Below, piece after piece: positions 25,429 to 35,700 of a DNA stretch of 38,077 nt. Within the stretch, counting starts at the first letter, position 1. Each line of letters starts with the position of its first letter. The translations under genes were made by a program, and so were the position numbers. Below the pieces are notes generated by a model that saw only the letters and a program-made list of their open reading frames with translations, was not told the DNA's origin and ran no database searches. The DNA is from Candidatus Aenigmarchaeota archaeon ex4484_224 (GTDB taxonomy: Archaea > Aenigmatarchaeota > Aenigmatarchaeia > CG10238-14 > EX4484-224): contig NJEA01000003.1 of the NCBI GenBank assembly GCA_002254545.1, forward strand, positions 1 to 38,077. The letters run 5' to 3'.

Positions 25429-25757
25429 TGAAATTTGTTGAAGTTGAGTTTATAACAAAAGGAATTAAAATTTCTTTTGTTAAAAGAAAAAAGGAAATTG
25501 GAAGAGCAAGATTATATTTAATTTGGAATGATTTGCATGACAAGCCTTATGCTTTGCTAGAAGATGTTTTTGTTGATGAAAAATTTAGAAGAAAGGGAAT
25601 TGGAACAAAAATTGTCAAAAAAGCAATTGAAATCGCTAAGAAAATGAATTGTTACAAAATTATAGCAACTTCTAGATATAAAAGAAAAGAAGTTCATAAA
25701 TTTTATTTAAAGAATGGATTCAAAGATTGGGGAAAGGAATTTAGGTTAGATTTATGA
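25425..25757 (+). CDS. GNAT acetyltransferase, GNA1 (glucosamine-6-phosphate N-acetyltransferase)-like
   Basis: LEDVFVDEKFRRKGIGT...AKKMNCYKII...FY.KNGF; overlaps the glmS stop. Confidence 0.75.
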   Translation: MMKFVEVEFITKGIKISFVKRKKEIGRARLYLIWNDLHDKPYALLEDVFVDEKFRRKGIGTKIVKKAIEIAKKMNCYKIIATSRYKRKEVHKFYLKNGFKDWGKEFRLDL

Positions 25758-26428
25758 AAGGAATTATTTTAGCTGCTGGTTTTGGTTCTAGAATGAAAGC
25801 AAATATCCCAAAACCTTTAATTGAACATGAAGGAAAACCAATAATTTCTTTTATAATTGAAAAATTGAAAGAAATTGGGATCGATGAAATTGGGATCGTG
25901 ATTAATCCAAAATGGGAAGATTTATTTGAAGAAAAGTTAAAAGAATTTGGAAATTTAACTTTTCTTTATCAAGATAAACCTTTAGGAACTTATGATGCAA
26001 TTTATAGAGCAAAAGAATTTGTGGGGAATGAATTTTTCATTGCTTTAAATGGAGATATAAAATTCAATTCTTTGAAAAATTTTAAAGGATTAAAAGAGTT
26101 TGCAATTGGTGTTTTTGAAGTTGAAGATGTTAGTAGATATGGAAGTGTAAAAGTTGATGAAAATGGATATTTGATTGGGATTGCTGAGAAAAAAGAAAAA
26201 GGAAAAGGATTAGCAAATGCTGGAATTTATTTGCTTAGAAAAGAAATTTTTGAAGTAAAGGAAAAAATTCCTAAGAGATTTGTTAAACATGCTAATAGAT
26301 TTGAATATTATATAACTGATGGAATAGAAGAATTAATTAAAAGAGGAATTAAATTTAAAGTAATTAAAGTTGAAAAGTGGATGTCATTTGAAACAAAAGA
26401 AGATTTGGAAAAGAGGTTTGAAAAATGA
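25754..26428 (+). CDS. Sugar-phosphate nucleotidyltransferase (NTP_transferase domain only)
   Basis: ILAAGFGSRM...PKPL, Q..PLGT..A, LNGD, YG.V, AEK, NAGIY, EYYITD. There is no hexapeptide-repeat domain. Confidence 0.9.
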   Translation: MKGIILAAGFGSRMKANIPKPLIEHEGKPIISFIIEKLKEIGIDEIGIVINPKWEDLFEEKLKEFGNLTFLYQDKPLGTYDAIYRAKEFVGNEFFIALNGDIKFNSLKNFKGLKEFAIGVFEVEDVSRYGSVKVDENGYLIGIAEKKEKGKGLANAGIYLLRKEIFEVKEKIPKRFVKHANRFEYYITDGIEELIKRGIKFKVIKVEKWMSFETKEDLEKRFEK

Positions 26429-27762
26429 TAAAAGAAAGTATTTTTGGAGGATATGATATAAGGGGTATATATCCAAATGAAATTAATGAAAAAATTGCTG
26501 AAAAAATTGCAAAGGCTTATGCAAAATTTTTAAAACCAAAGAAAGTAGGAATTGGTAGAGATATAAGGAATGGAAGTGAAGAAATTAAAAATTCTTTGAT
26601 AAAAGGATTGAATGAATGTGGAGTTGATGTAATTGATTTTGGAATTTTACCAACTCCCTTGCTATATTATGCAATTATTAAGTTTAAATTAGATGGGGGA
26701 TTAATGGTAACTGCTAGTCATAATCCCCCAGAATATAATGGAATTAAATTGCTTGGAAAAAATGCTTTGATGATCGGAAGAGGATATGGCCTAGAAAAAA
26801 TTAAAGAAATTGCTTTAAAAGAAAATTTTGAATGCAAAGGAAATGGAAAGTTAGAAGTTTATCAAAGAATAATAGAAGATTATATTGAGGATGTGTTAAG
26901 GAAAATTTCTTTGGGAAATAGAAAAATAAAAGTTGTTGTTGATAATTGCAATAGTGTAGCTAATTTGGTTGTTCCTAAGTTGTTGGAAAAATTAAATGTT
27001 GAATTTTATGTTTTGAATGAAAAAATAGATCCTTCTTTTCCTGGTCATTTACCAGAACCTACTGAAGAAAATTTGAAAGAATTGCAAAAAAAGGTAATTG
27101 AATTAAATGCTGATTTGGGAATTGCTTATGATGGGGATTGTGATAGAGCTGTTTTTGTGGATAATAAAGGAAATGTTTTAAATGGCTCTCAAGTTTTAGC
27201 TTTATTTTGTGAGTTTTATGATATAGCTAATGAAAAAATCATTTATGATGTAACTTCTTCTTCATTTTTAGAAAAATGGATTAAAGAAAGGAATGGAATT
27301 CCAATAGAAGAGAAAGTTGGAACAGTTAATATTAAAAGAAGAATGATTAAAGAAAATGCTTTGCTAGCTGGGGAAATTTCAAGTCATTTTTATTTTAGAG
27401 AAATTGGATTTATAGATGATGGAATTTATGCTTCTTCAAAAATGATTGAATTGCTTAGTAAATTAAAAGAAAGTTTGAATGAAATTGTTAAAAAATTGCC
27501 AAAAACTTATGTTAAAAAAATGAATGTTGAAGTAGAAAATGAAAGAAAGTATGAAATTATTGAAAAAATTAAAAAAGAAGTTGAAAGAAAATATAGGATT
27601 TCAACACTAGATGGAGTTAAAATTTATTTTGAAAATGGTTGGATTGTAATTAGACCTTCTAACACTCAGCCATTAATTAGAATTGTGATTGATTCAAATA
27701 AGAAAGAAGAAATTGAAAAAATGAAAAAATTGGTAAATGATTTAATTGGAAAATACATTTAA
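26425..27762 (+). CDS. Phosphohexomutase (PMM/PGM/GlmM family)
   Basis: YDIRG, TASHNP, DGDCDR, GEISSH, IRPSNT.P. Confidence 0.95.
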   Translation: MIKESIFGGYDIRGIYPNEINEKIAEKIAKAYAKFLKPKKVGIGRDIRNGSEEIKNSLIKGLNECGVDVIDFGILPTPLLYYAIIKFKLDGGLMVTASHNPPEYNGIKLLGKNALMIGRGYGLEKIKEIALKENFECKGNGKLEVYQRIIEDYIEDVLRKISLGNRKIKVVVDNCNSVANLVVPKLLEKLNVEFYVLNEKIDPSFPGHLPEPTEENLKELQKKVIELNADLGIAYDGDCDRAVFVDNKGNVLNGSQVLALFCEFYDIANEKIIYDVTSSSFLEKWIKERNGIPIEEKVGTVNIKRRMIKENALLAGEISSHFYFREIGFIDDGIYASSKMIELLSKLKESLNEIVKKLPKTYVKKMNVEVENERKYEIIEKIKKEVERKYRISTLDGVKIYFENGWIVIRPSNTQPLIRIVIDSNKKEEIEKMKKLVNDLIGKYI

Positions 27763-27786
27763 TTTTAGATTCTCAAATTCTATTTG

Positions 27787-29646
27787 ATGGAAATTGATTG
27801 GAAAAAAGTTGGTTTGAAAGCTGGGATTGAAATTCATCAAAGATTAGCTACTAAGCAAAAACTTTTTTGTAGATGTGAAGCCAAAATTTGGGAAGGAAAT
27901 CCTACAGGACAAATTGTTAGAAAACAACATCCTGTTGCTAGTGAGCTTGGAGAAGAAGATATTGCTGCAAAATATGAAGAATTAAGAGATAGAGAGTTTA
28001 TTTATTTGATATATCCTAATGTTTGTGAAATTGATATAGACGAAGCTCCTCCTTTACCTTTAAACAAAGAAGCTTTAGAAATTTCTTTAATTATTGCAAG
28101 AATGTTCAATTGTTCAATTCCTAATGAAATTCATGTTATGAGAAAAATTATAACAGATGGTTCAACTCCAATGTCTTTCCAAAGAACTGCCGTAATTGGA
28201 TTGAATGGATATATGGAATTTAATGGTAAAAAAATTGAAATTAGTCAAATAAGCTTGGAAGAAGAATCTGCAGGTTTGGTAAAACAAGAAGGAAATAAAG
28301 TTTATTTTAGGTTAGATAGAATTGGAATTCCCTTGATTGAAATTAGCACTGGATTGCTTGAAGGTTTTACTCCAAAAGAAATTCAAGAAATTGCTTTTAA
28401 GATTGGTCTAATGTTAAGATTAACTAGAAAAGTTCAAAGGGGAATTGGAAGCATTAGACAAGATTTGAATGTTTCTATAAAAAATGGAGCAAGAGTCGAA
28501 ATTAAGGGAGTTCAGAAGTTAGAGGATATAGCAAAAATTATTGAATTGGAAGTTGAAAGACAATTGAAGTTAAATGAAATTAGAGAAAAGGTGAGAAAAA
28601 AAGGAATTGAAAAAATTAATGAAAAAGTTTTTGAAGTAACAGAAATTTTTGAAAAAAGTGAATCGAAATTAATTCAAAAAATTTTAGAACAAAAATTTAG
28701 AATTTTTGCTTTTAAATTGCCAAAATTTTCTGGCCCGCTAAAAGAAAAAATAAGTGGAGAAAAAACTTTTGGAAAAGAGCTAGCTGATTATGCAAAAGCA
28801 TTTGGAATTAAAGGAATTATTCATTCAGATGAAAACTTGGAAAAATATAAATTGGAAAAAGAATTTGAAGAACTAAGAAAAATTTTGAAAGCAAGTAAAG
28901 AAGATGCTATTGTAATAATTGGAGAAAATAAAAATGGAAAAGTTGCTGAATTCATTTTGAATAAAGTTAAAAGATTGATTGAAAATGGATTAGAAAAAGA
29001 GACAAGAGCTGCTAATAAAGATTGTACTACTAGATTTTTAAGACCATTACCAGGAGCAGCTAGGTTATATCCTGAAACAGATATACCTCCAATTCCAATC
29101 GATAAAAAATATTTGAAAGAAATTGAAAAGAAATTACCAAAAAGTTTTGAAGAAACTTTGAAAGAAATTGAAAAAATGGGAATTTCAAAAGAAATTGCAA
29201 TTTTATTAATTAAATCAGAATTTTTTGGATTGTTTGAAAAAATTGTTCAAAAAGTTAAAATTGAGCCAAAAATTGTTGCAAATTTCTTTGTTATAAAGGC
29301 TAAAGATTTAAGAAGAAAAGGAATTGATTTGGAAAAAATTAGCGATGAAAAGTTTATGAAAATTTTTGAATTAATTGGAAAAAAAGAAATTGCAAAAGAG
29401 GCTATTGAAGAGATTGTTGAATTTTTAGCTAAAAATGAAAATGCTAAAGTTGAAGATGCTATAGAAAAATTGGGATTAAAAATAAGTGAAAAAGAAATTG
29501 AAGAAATTGTAAGAAGAATTGTAAGTCAAAATAGGGGATATCTAAAAGAAAAAGTTTTTGGATTGGTAATGAAAGAATTAAGAGGAAAAGCTGATGTTCA
29601 AAAAATTAGGAAAATATTCGAGAAAGTTTGGCACTCAAAAAGTTAG
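27787..29646 (+). CDS. gatE: Glu-tRNA(Gln) amidotransferase subunit E
   Basis: GIEIHQRL...KLFC.C, MRKIITDGS...FQRT, LDRIGIPLIEI, RGIGSIRQDLNVSI, RPLPGAARLYPETDIP. Confidence 0.97.
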   Translation: MEIDWKKVGLKAGIEIHQRLATKQKLFCRCEAKIWEGNPTGQIVRKQHPVASELGEEDIAAKYEELRDREFIYLIYPNVCEIDIDEAPPLPLNKEALEISLIIARMFNCSIPNEIHVMRKIITDGSTPMSFQRTAVIGLNGYMEFNGKKIEISQISLEEESAGLVKQEGNKVYFRLDRIGIPLIEISTGLLEGFTPKEIQEIAFKIGLMLRLTRKVQRGIGSIRQDLNVSIKNGARVEIKGVQKLEDIAKIIELEVERQLKLNEIREKVRKKGIEKINEKVFEVTEIFEKSESKLIQKILEQKFRIFAFKLPKFSGPLKEKISGEKTFGKELADYAKAFGIKGIIHSDENLEKYKLEKEFEELRKILKASKEDAIVIIGENKNGKVAEFILNKVKRLIENGLEKETRAANKDCTTRFLRPLPGAARLYPETDIPPIPIDKKYLKEIEKKLPKSFEETLKEIEKMGISKEIAILLIKSEFFGLFEKIVQKVKIEPKIVANFFVIKAKDLRRKGIDLEKISDEKFMKIFELIGKKEIAKEAIEEIVEFLAKNENAKVEDAIEKLGLKISEKEIEEIVRRIVSQNRGYLKEKVFGLVMKELRGKADVQKIRKIFEKVWHSKS

Positions 29647-30892
29647 AAAATACTTTTTCAACTTTAACTTCAACAAATTTTCCAAATATTTTCTCTTTGC
29701 TTTCTAGAAAAATTGATTTATATGCAAAATTTCTAGCAACAAACTTATTTTCTTCTTTTATTTCATCAACCAAAGCTTTTCCTTTCCATCCTAACCATTT
29801 TTGATTGTTTTCAAAAGAAATCTTTCTTACTAAATTATACAAAACTTTACTTCTTTCGTTAATAATTCTTGGATCTAATTGCTTAAGCTTTGAAGCTTCT
29901 GTTAATGGTCTAGCTCCAAATTTAGAAATGTTTACAATATCAGGCTTAATTTTTTCAATTAATTCTATTGTTTGTTCAAAATCTTCTTCTTTCTCAGTAG
30001 GATATCCAACAATTATATCTGTAGCAATTGTAATATCTTTAATTTCTTTTCTAAATTTTTCAACAATTTCAATAAATTTTTCAACTGTATATCCTCTTTT
30101 CATATCTCTTAAAACTTTATTGCTTCCTGATTGCACTGGTAAATGAACAAATTTGAAAATTTTTTCATTCTTATAAACTTCTATTAATTCATCTAAAAAA
30201 TTTGAAAGAAAAGCTGGATTCATCATTCCAATTCTTATCCAAAAATTTCCATTAATTTCAACAATTTTTTCTAAAAGTTTAGCTAAATTTAATCCTATAT
30301 CAAAACCATAAACAGCATTATCTTGACTAGTTATCCAAATTTCTTTTTTTCCGTTTTTTACCAAATTTTCAACTTCTTTAACTATTAGATCTAAAGGATA
30401 ACTTTTCAATCTTCCTCTTGAAAATTTTACAATACAATAGGAGCAATTTCCTAAACATCCTTGGGAAATTTGAGCAATTCCAATTATTGGATTCCTTGAA
30501 ATTCTAGGATATCCAAGTTTTGGTATATCCAAATCTTCAACAAAAACAACTTTTTTTCCTTTTAAAGTTTCTTTTGCAACATCAACAATTTTCAAAACTG
30601 AATTTGGACCAATAAAACTAGCTTTTGGCGCAATTTTTTCCAATCTCTCTCTTTCAGTTTTTGCCATACATCCAGCAATTATCAAAGGCTTACCAAAAGA
30701 ATAAAGTTTTTTAACTCTTTCAATCATCCTATTTGCTGTAGGAACTTTTACATTGCAAGTGTTTATTATCAACAAATCTGCATTTTCAATTTTATCAGTA
30801 ATTTCAAATCCTTCTTTCACTAACAATCCTTTCATTATTTCTGTATCGTTAAAATTTGCTGCACATCCATAAGTCTCAAAGTAAACTTTCAT
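29606..30892 (-). CDS. mtaB: Radical-SAM tRNA methylthiotransferase (archaeal MtaB/MiaB-like)
   Basis: UPF0004 region ETYGC..N...NTC.VK...AGC; CxxxCxxC (CLGNCSYC); HLPVQSGS; TDIIVGYP; TRAM-like C-terminus. ATG 30892 is preferred. Confidence 0.9.
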   Translation of the reverse strand: MKVYFETYGCAANFNDTEIMKGLLVKEGFEITDKIENADLLIINTCNVKVPTANRMIERVKKLYSFGKPLIIAGCMAKTERERLEKIAPKASFIGPNSVLKIVDVAKETLKGKKVVFVEDLDIPKLGYPRISRNPIIGIAQISQGCLGNCSYCIVKFSRGRLKSYPLDLIVKEVENLVKNGKKEIWITSQDNAVYGFDIGLNLAKLLEKIVEINGNFWIRIGMMNPAFLSNFLDELIEVYKNEKIFKFVHLPVQSGSNKVLRDMKRGYTVEKFIEIVEKFRKEIKDITIATDIIVGYPTEKEEDFEQTIELIEKIKPDIVNISKFGARPLTEASKLKQLDPRIINERSKVLYNLVRKISFENNQKWLGWKGKALVDEIKEENKFVARNFAYKSIFLESKEKIFGKFVEVKVEKVFSNFLSAKLSRIFS

Positions 30893-30913
30893 GAAATAAA
30901 GAAGATAAATCAA

Positions 30914-31465
30914 TTAAAAAAACTTTACTTCTTCTTTTTCTTTAGTTGATTTAGAAGGTGTTGGTTCGAAAGATGTAAATTCAACATCTTCTTTCAAAGT
31001 TTTTTCAACTTTTTCTCTAATCCTTATTGGTTTAATCCTTCCTTTAATCCTATCATAAATGATATCTGGATTTCTTACTTTTTCTATTACAATTTTATCG
31101 TTAAAACCATGAACAATAATGTCTCCAAAATTAAAAATTCTTCCTAAAACTCCCTTTTTTAACTCAACATTAGAAATATTCGAATACGGAATTGAATTTT
31201 TTCTTTTCCTAATTATTCCTTCTATTTTTGTAATTCCAAGATTATCCACCAAATAATATCGATATATTCTTTGCCATTCTGGATATTCTATTAAACCAAC
31301 TCCAATCAACAAAATTGCAAAGAAAGAAACATAGTAAAATAAGTCTGAAGTAATTCTTTCCCAAGAAAAGTAAGGTAAAAGCAATGCCAATGAAACTAAA
31401 GCCAAAATTCCAAGAAAATAGTTTGAAATAAATCCAATTCTAGAAGATTTAATCTTTTTTTCCAT
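30914..31465 (-). CDS. Membrane protein with bacterial PH (bPH_2)-like domain
   Basis: Two TM helices, then Y.V....I....GII.....IPY..I..V....G.LGRIFNFGDI.V. Confidence 0.75.
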   Translation of the reverse strand: MEKKIKSSRIGFISNYFLGILALVSLALLLPYFSWERITSDLFYYVSFFAILLIGVGLIEYPEWQRIYRYYLVDNLGITKIEGIIRKRKNSIPYSNISNVELKKGVLGRIFNFGDIIVHGFNDKIVIEKVRNPDIIYDRIKGRIKPIRIREKVEKTLKEDVEFTSFEPTPSKSTKEKEEVKFF

Positions 31466-31471
31466 AATTAT

Positions 31472-32215
31472 TTATTCAATTTCAACTTTTATTTTTCTAA
31501 TTTCTGGAAATTTTAAAGCTCCAACTTCTTTATCAAACCCTATTGCTTTAAAATTATCTAAATTTGCTTCTTTTAAAATTGGACTTAAAAGCTCTTCTTT
31601 TTCAATAGCATTAATTGCAACTCCAGAAGCTAGAGGAGAAAAACTTGGCAGGCAAATTAAATTAATTCTTTCCCATTTTCCATAGATTAAAGCTGGAATT
31701 TTAATTCTATCTAAACCACTTCTTAGCAAAATTGCTGGTTGTTCATGGCCAATTATCAAAAATTTACATTCTTTTGGGATATCCACTTTTTTATGACCAT
31801 GAGTAAAACAAAATTCTTTTTGACAATAAATTGGGTCATAAACTTTCAAACCCAAATGAGATGCAATCGTTAACAAATAATTATCATGATTTCCTCTTAC
31901 CAAAATTATTTCTTTAACTTCTTTTTCAAGAAAAGAAGTTAATTTCCTAACTTCTTTCCATTCTTGTTCGCTTGCCTTTCCAAATTCATGTTTTAAATCT
32001 CCATTTATGATTAGCTTTTTCGGTTTTGTAATTTTAATCAATTCTTTCAAATCTTTTAAAATTTCTTTCAATTGTGTTTGAGGTACAAAAATTCCTTTTG
32101 AAGCTAAATATTGTTCATAACCTAATTGTAAATCAGAAATTACTAAAGAAGAAATTTTTGGAATAAAAATTGCTGGATATCCGTTAAAAATTTCAATTTC
32201 ATTCAGAATTTTCAT
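31472..32215 (-). CDS. Calcineurin-like metallophosphoesterase
   Basis: SDLQLGYE, GDLKHEF, RGNHD, THGH, GHEQP, LPSFSP. Confidence 0.88.
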   Translation of the reverse strand: MKILNEIEIFNGYPAIFIPKISSLVISDLQLGYEQYLASKGIFVPQTQLKEILKDLKELIKITKPKKLIINGDLKHEFGKASEQEWKEVRKLTSFLEKEVKEIILVRGNHDNYLLTIASHLGLKVYDPIYCQKEFCFTHGHKKVDIPKECKFLIIGHEQPAILLRSGLDRIKIPALIYGKWERINLICLPSFSPLASGVAINAIEKEELLSPILKEANLDNFKAIGFDKEVGALKFPEIRKIKVEIE

Positions 32216-32676
32216 TCTCTAAAAAGATATTCTTCATATTTTTTAATTGCCCTTAAAAATTCTTCCACTAAATCTTCTAGTTTTACATCAAAAATCATAA
32301 AAGTTATGTCATTTCTTTTAGAATAGTAATATCCAAACTCAAAACTTTTTTCTCCACTAGAAATTCTATACCATTTTTCATTTTCTCTAGCAAATTCTTT
32401 TTTAATCTTTTTTATTTTAAAATTTTTATTCTTAAACAATCTCAAATTCTTATTAACTTTTCCTTTAGCATCATAGTAAATAGAAAGAATGCCATCTTTA
32501 TTATATTCAATAAACCTATTTACCTCATATCCAGCAAGCCTTCCCCAACCTTCTTTTATTAAAACATCCTCGTTTTTGTTATTTCTAAATTTCTGAACTA
32601 CTTTATCTATTTCAGAATATATTGGTTTATTTGATTCAATAAAAAATGATAAAAGTCTTCTGTACCAGTCATTCAT
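32212..32676 (-). CDS. Hypothetical protein (154 aa)
   Basis: ORF co-oriented with its neighbours, with an ATGA overlap into the phosphoesterase gene. No motif recognised. Confidence 0.65.
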   Translation of the reverse strand: MNDWYRRLLSFFIESNKPIYSEIDKVVQKFRNNKNEDVLIKEGWGRLAGYEVNRFIEYNKDGILSIYYDAKGKVNKNLRLFKNKNFKIKKIKKEFARENEKWYRISSGEKSFEFGYYYSKRNDITFMIFDVKLEDLVEEFLRAIKKYEEYLFRE

Positions 32677-32713
32677 CAAAATTTATTACTTCAGAAAATT
32701 TTAAATTATTAAT

Positions 32714-35700
32714 TTACTTTCCAACAATTTTCCTAATCTTTTCTATGCTTTCAGGATTTGCCAAAGTGGATATATCTCCAAGCTCTTGTCCAATAAGCAT
32801 TCTTTTCAAAATCCTTCTCATTATTTTTCCACTTCTTGTTTTTGGTAAATCTTCAACAAAATAAACTTTATATGGTTTTGCAATAGGACCAATTTCTTTA
32901 ACAACTTGCTGAATTATTTCTTCTTTCATTTTTTCATTTGGCCTTCCGAATCTTAAAACCACAAAAGCAATTGGAACTTCTCCTTTAATTTCATGTGGAG
33001 CTCCAACAATTGCACATTCATTTACAGCATAATGCTTAGTAATTGCATTTTCTAGCTCAGCAGTTGAAAGTCTATGACCAGCAACTTTTAAAACATCATC
33101 AAGCCTTCCTGTAATCTTTATCAAACCATTCTTATCTTTAAAAGCTCCATCGCTTGTATAATAAATTTCTTCTCCAAACCGAGACCAATAAGTTTTGAAA
33201 TATCTTTCTGGATTTCTATAAACTCCTCTTAGCATTCCAGGAGCAAAAGGCTTTAAAATAACTAAGCTTCCTTCTTTCTTAGCTTTTTTAATTGGCTTTC
33301 CTTTTTCGTCCAAAATTTCAAATTTAACTGGAGGAAATGGTAAGCCAGCATAAGTTGGTTTGAATGGACCAATTCCTGGCAAAGAAGTTAGTAAAACTCC
33401 CCCGGTTTCTGTTTGCCACCAAGTATCAACGATTGGACATCTTTCTTTTCCAACTTCTTTGAAAAACCAATACCAAGCTTCTTCATTTATCGGTTCTCCA
33501 ACAGAACCAAGTAACCTTAAAGTTTTAAAGGAGAATTTTCTAACAACTTGTCCATCATACTTTTCAAACATTCTTACAGCAGTTGGAGCAGTATAGAAAA
33601 TTGTTACTCCATATTTTTCCATTATTTGAGCCCATCTTTCGGGAGTTGGCCAATCTAAAGCTCCTTCATAAATTATAAAAGTTGCACCATTTAGCAAAGG
33701 ACCATAACAAGAATAAGTATGACCAGTAATCCAGCCTATATCTGCTGTTGACCAAAAAATATCATTATCATGCAAATCAAAAATCCATTTTGCAGTAATA
33801 TAGGCTTGAACCATATAGCCACCAACTGCATGTACTATGCCCTTAGGCTTACCTGTTGTATTATGAACAAAGAAACCATTAGCAATGTATGAGCTGTTTG
33901 AAAATGAAGTTATATCATAAATAAACCTTTCTTCAAATTTTCCTACCTCAACTTTCTTTACTCTAACAAAAAATGCCTCTGCATTTATTATCTTCAAAAT
34001 TTTTTCTTTCCATTCTTTTATCTTTCTTAAAACCTCTCTTTCCCTTTCTTCTAATAATTTCTCTATTTTCTTCTTAAATTTTGAAGAAGGTTCATACAAA
34101 AATTTATGAACTGAATTTTTTGAATATCCAGTCTTTTTTGCAATTTCCTCTAAACTTAATCTTAAAAGTAAAACCTTTTTATTAATTCTTTTTTCTCCCA
34201 AAATTCTTTTTTCGATCAAATCTAGAAAATCTAAAATTTTAACTAAATTCTTTCTTTTGATTTTCCTATATCCAAGTTTATATCCATCCATTCCTAAACT
34301 ATGAATTAATTTTTTCGGAAGTTTTACTTCTTTCAAAACTTCTTTTAAAAGTTTATCAATCTTTAAAATTTCTATATTAGTAGATCCTTTTCTTTCAATT
34401 TCCAACAATTTTTCAAGTTTTAATTTCTTCTTCTTATCGTTAAACCCAATTTTTTCATAAAATCTTTTGAGATTTTCCTTGTCAGAAATTCTTAAGGAAA
34501 ATACTTTTATACGGTAAATTTTATCTTTAAATTTTGTTTTAGCATTTCTTTCATAATAACTTGAAAGAATTCCAAGCCTTAAAAGTAATAGCTTAATCTG
34601 TTCTATCAAAACCTTGCTAGTGCTAACAATTTTAACACTACTCTTACTTACAGTACCTTCAGCATCGAAGAATCCTCTTATAAATCCTCTTATTATTTCA
34701 TTCTTACTAACTTGAATCTTTTGAGGGACTTCTCTTTCCTTACTTTTCTTACAAATTTCTGGAAAGTTTACCTTAATAAATTCTTTTACTAACTTAGAAC
34801 AAAACAAAAGTCTTTGTCTATCTTCTTTTTTTATTTTTCCTTCGGTACCAAATACCTTCCTTATAATTTTATTGTAATGCTTTAGATTTTCTACATCCTT
34901 ATCAGTTAAAACTAAACAATTTTCTGAAAAGTTTCCATCTCCAGCAAAATACCCAATTAATTCCGCCAAATTTTCGTCCAATCTTCTAGGAAGCTTTACT
35001 TTTTTAATTATCTTTTTAACTTTAGGAATTTCAAGAAAAACTTCTTTTCCTTCTATCTTTGGAATTGGTAAAATTAGAACATCTCCCCCTTCAATTTGAG
35101 ATGCCTCTTTTTCTTCTATTTCTAAATTTTCATTCAAAACAAACAAAGGATGAGAAGGAGTTAATTCTATCATTCCAAATGATGTATAAATTTTGTAAAG
35201 GGGTAATGGCCAAAAATAGGAATGTAAATCTTTTATTCCATCAACTTTCGAAGTTAGCTTATTCAAATCAAAACTTAAAATTCCTTCTTTTTTATTAAGT
35301 TCTTTTATTGGTAAAATCTTACCAGAAGATGTTTGAACTAAAGTATCTCCCTTTACACATCCACTGGTATAGAGAATAAAAGCAATGTCTTCAGCATCAA
35401 GTTTTTTTGGTTCACAATAATCTTCTTCATTTTCAATCAATTCATGGTACCAATAATCCCTTCCTTTTTTCATTTTAACTTTATTGTTTGCCCTTTTTAC
35501 AACAATTACTTTCTTAACTTTTGTTCCCTTAATTCCTTCATCAGCTTTTTCTTTCAAGTTAATCAATTTTCCTCTCCTATAATAACCATCTGCAGTAATC
35601 AAAAACTTTGCTTGAGTATCATTTAATCTAATTTGCAATGCTTTTGAACTAAAAGCTGAAAAAACTACTGTATGAATAGCTCCTATTCTTGCACAAGCAA

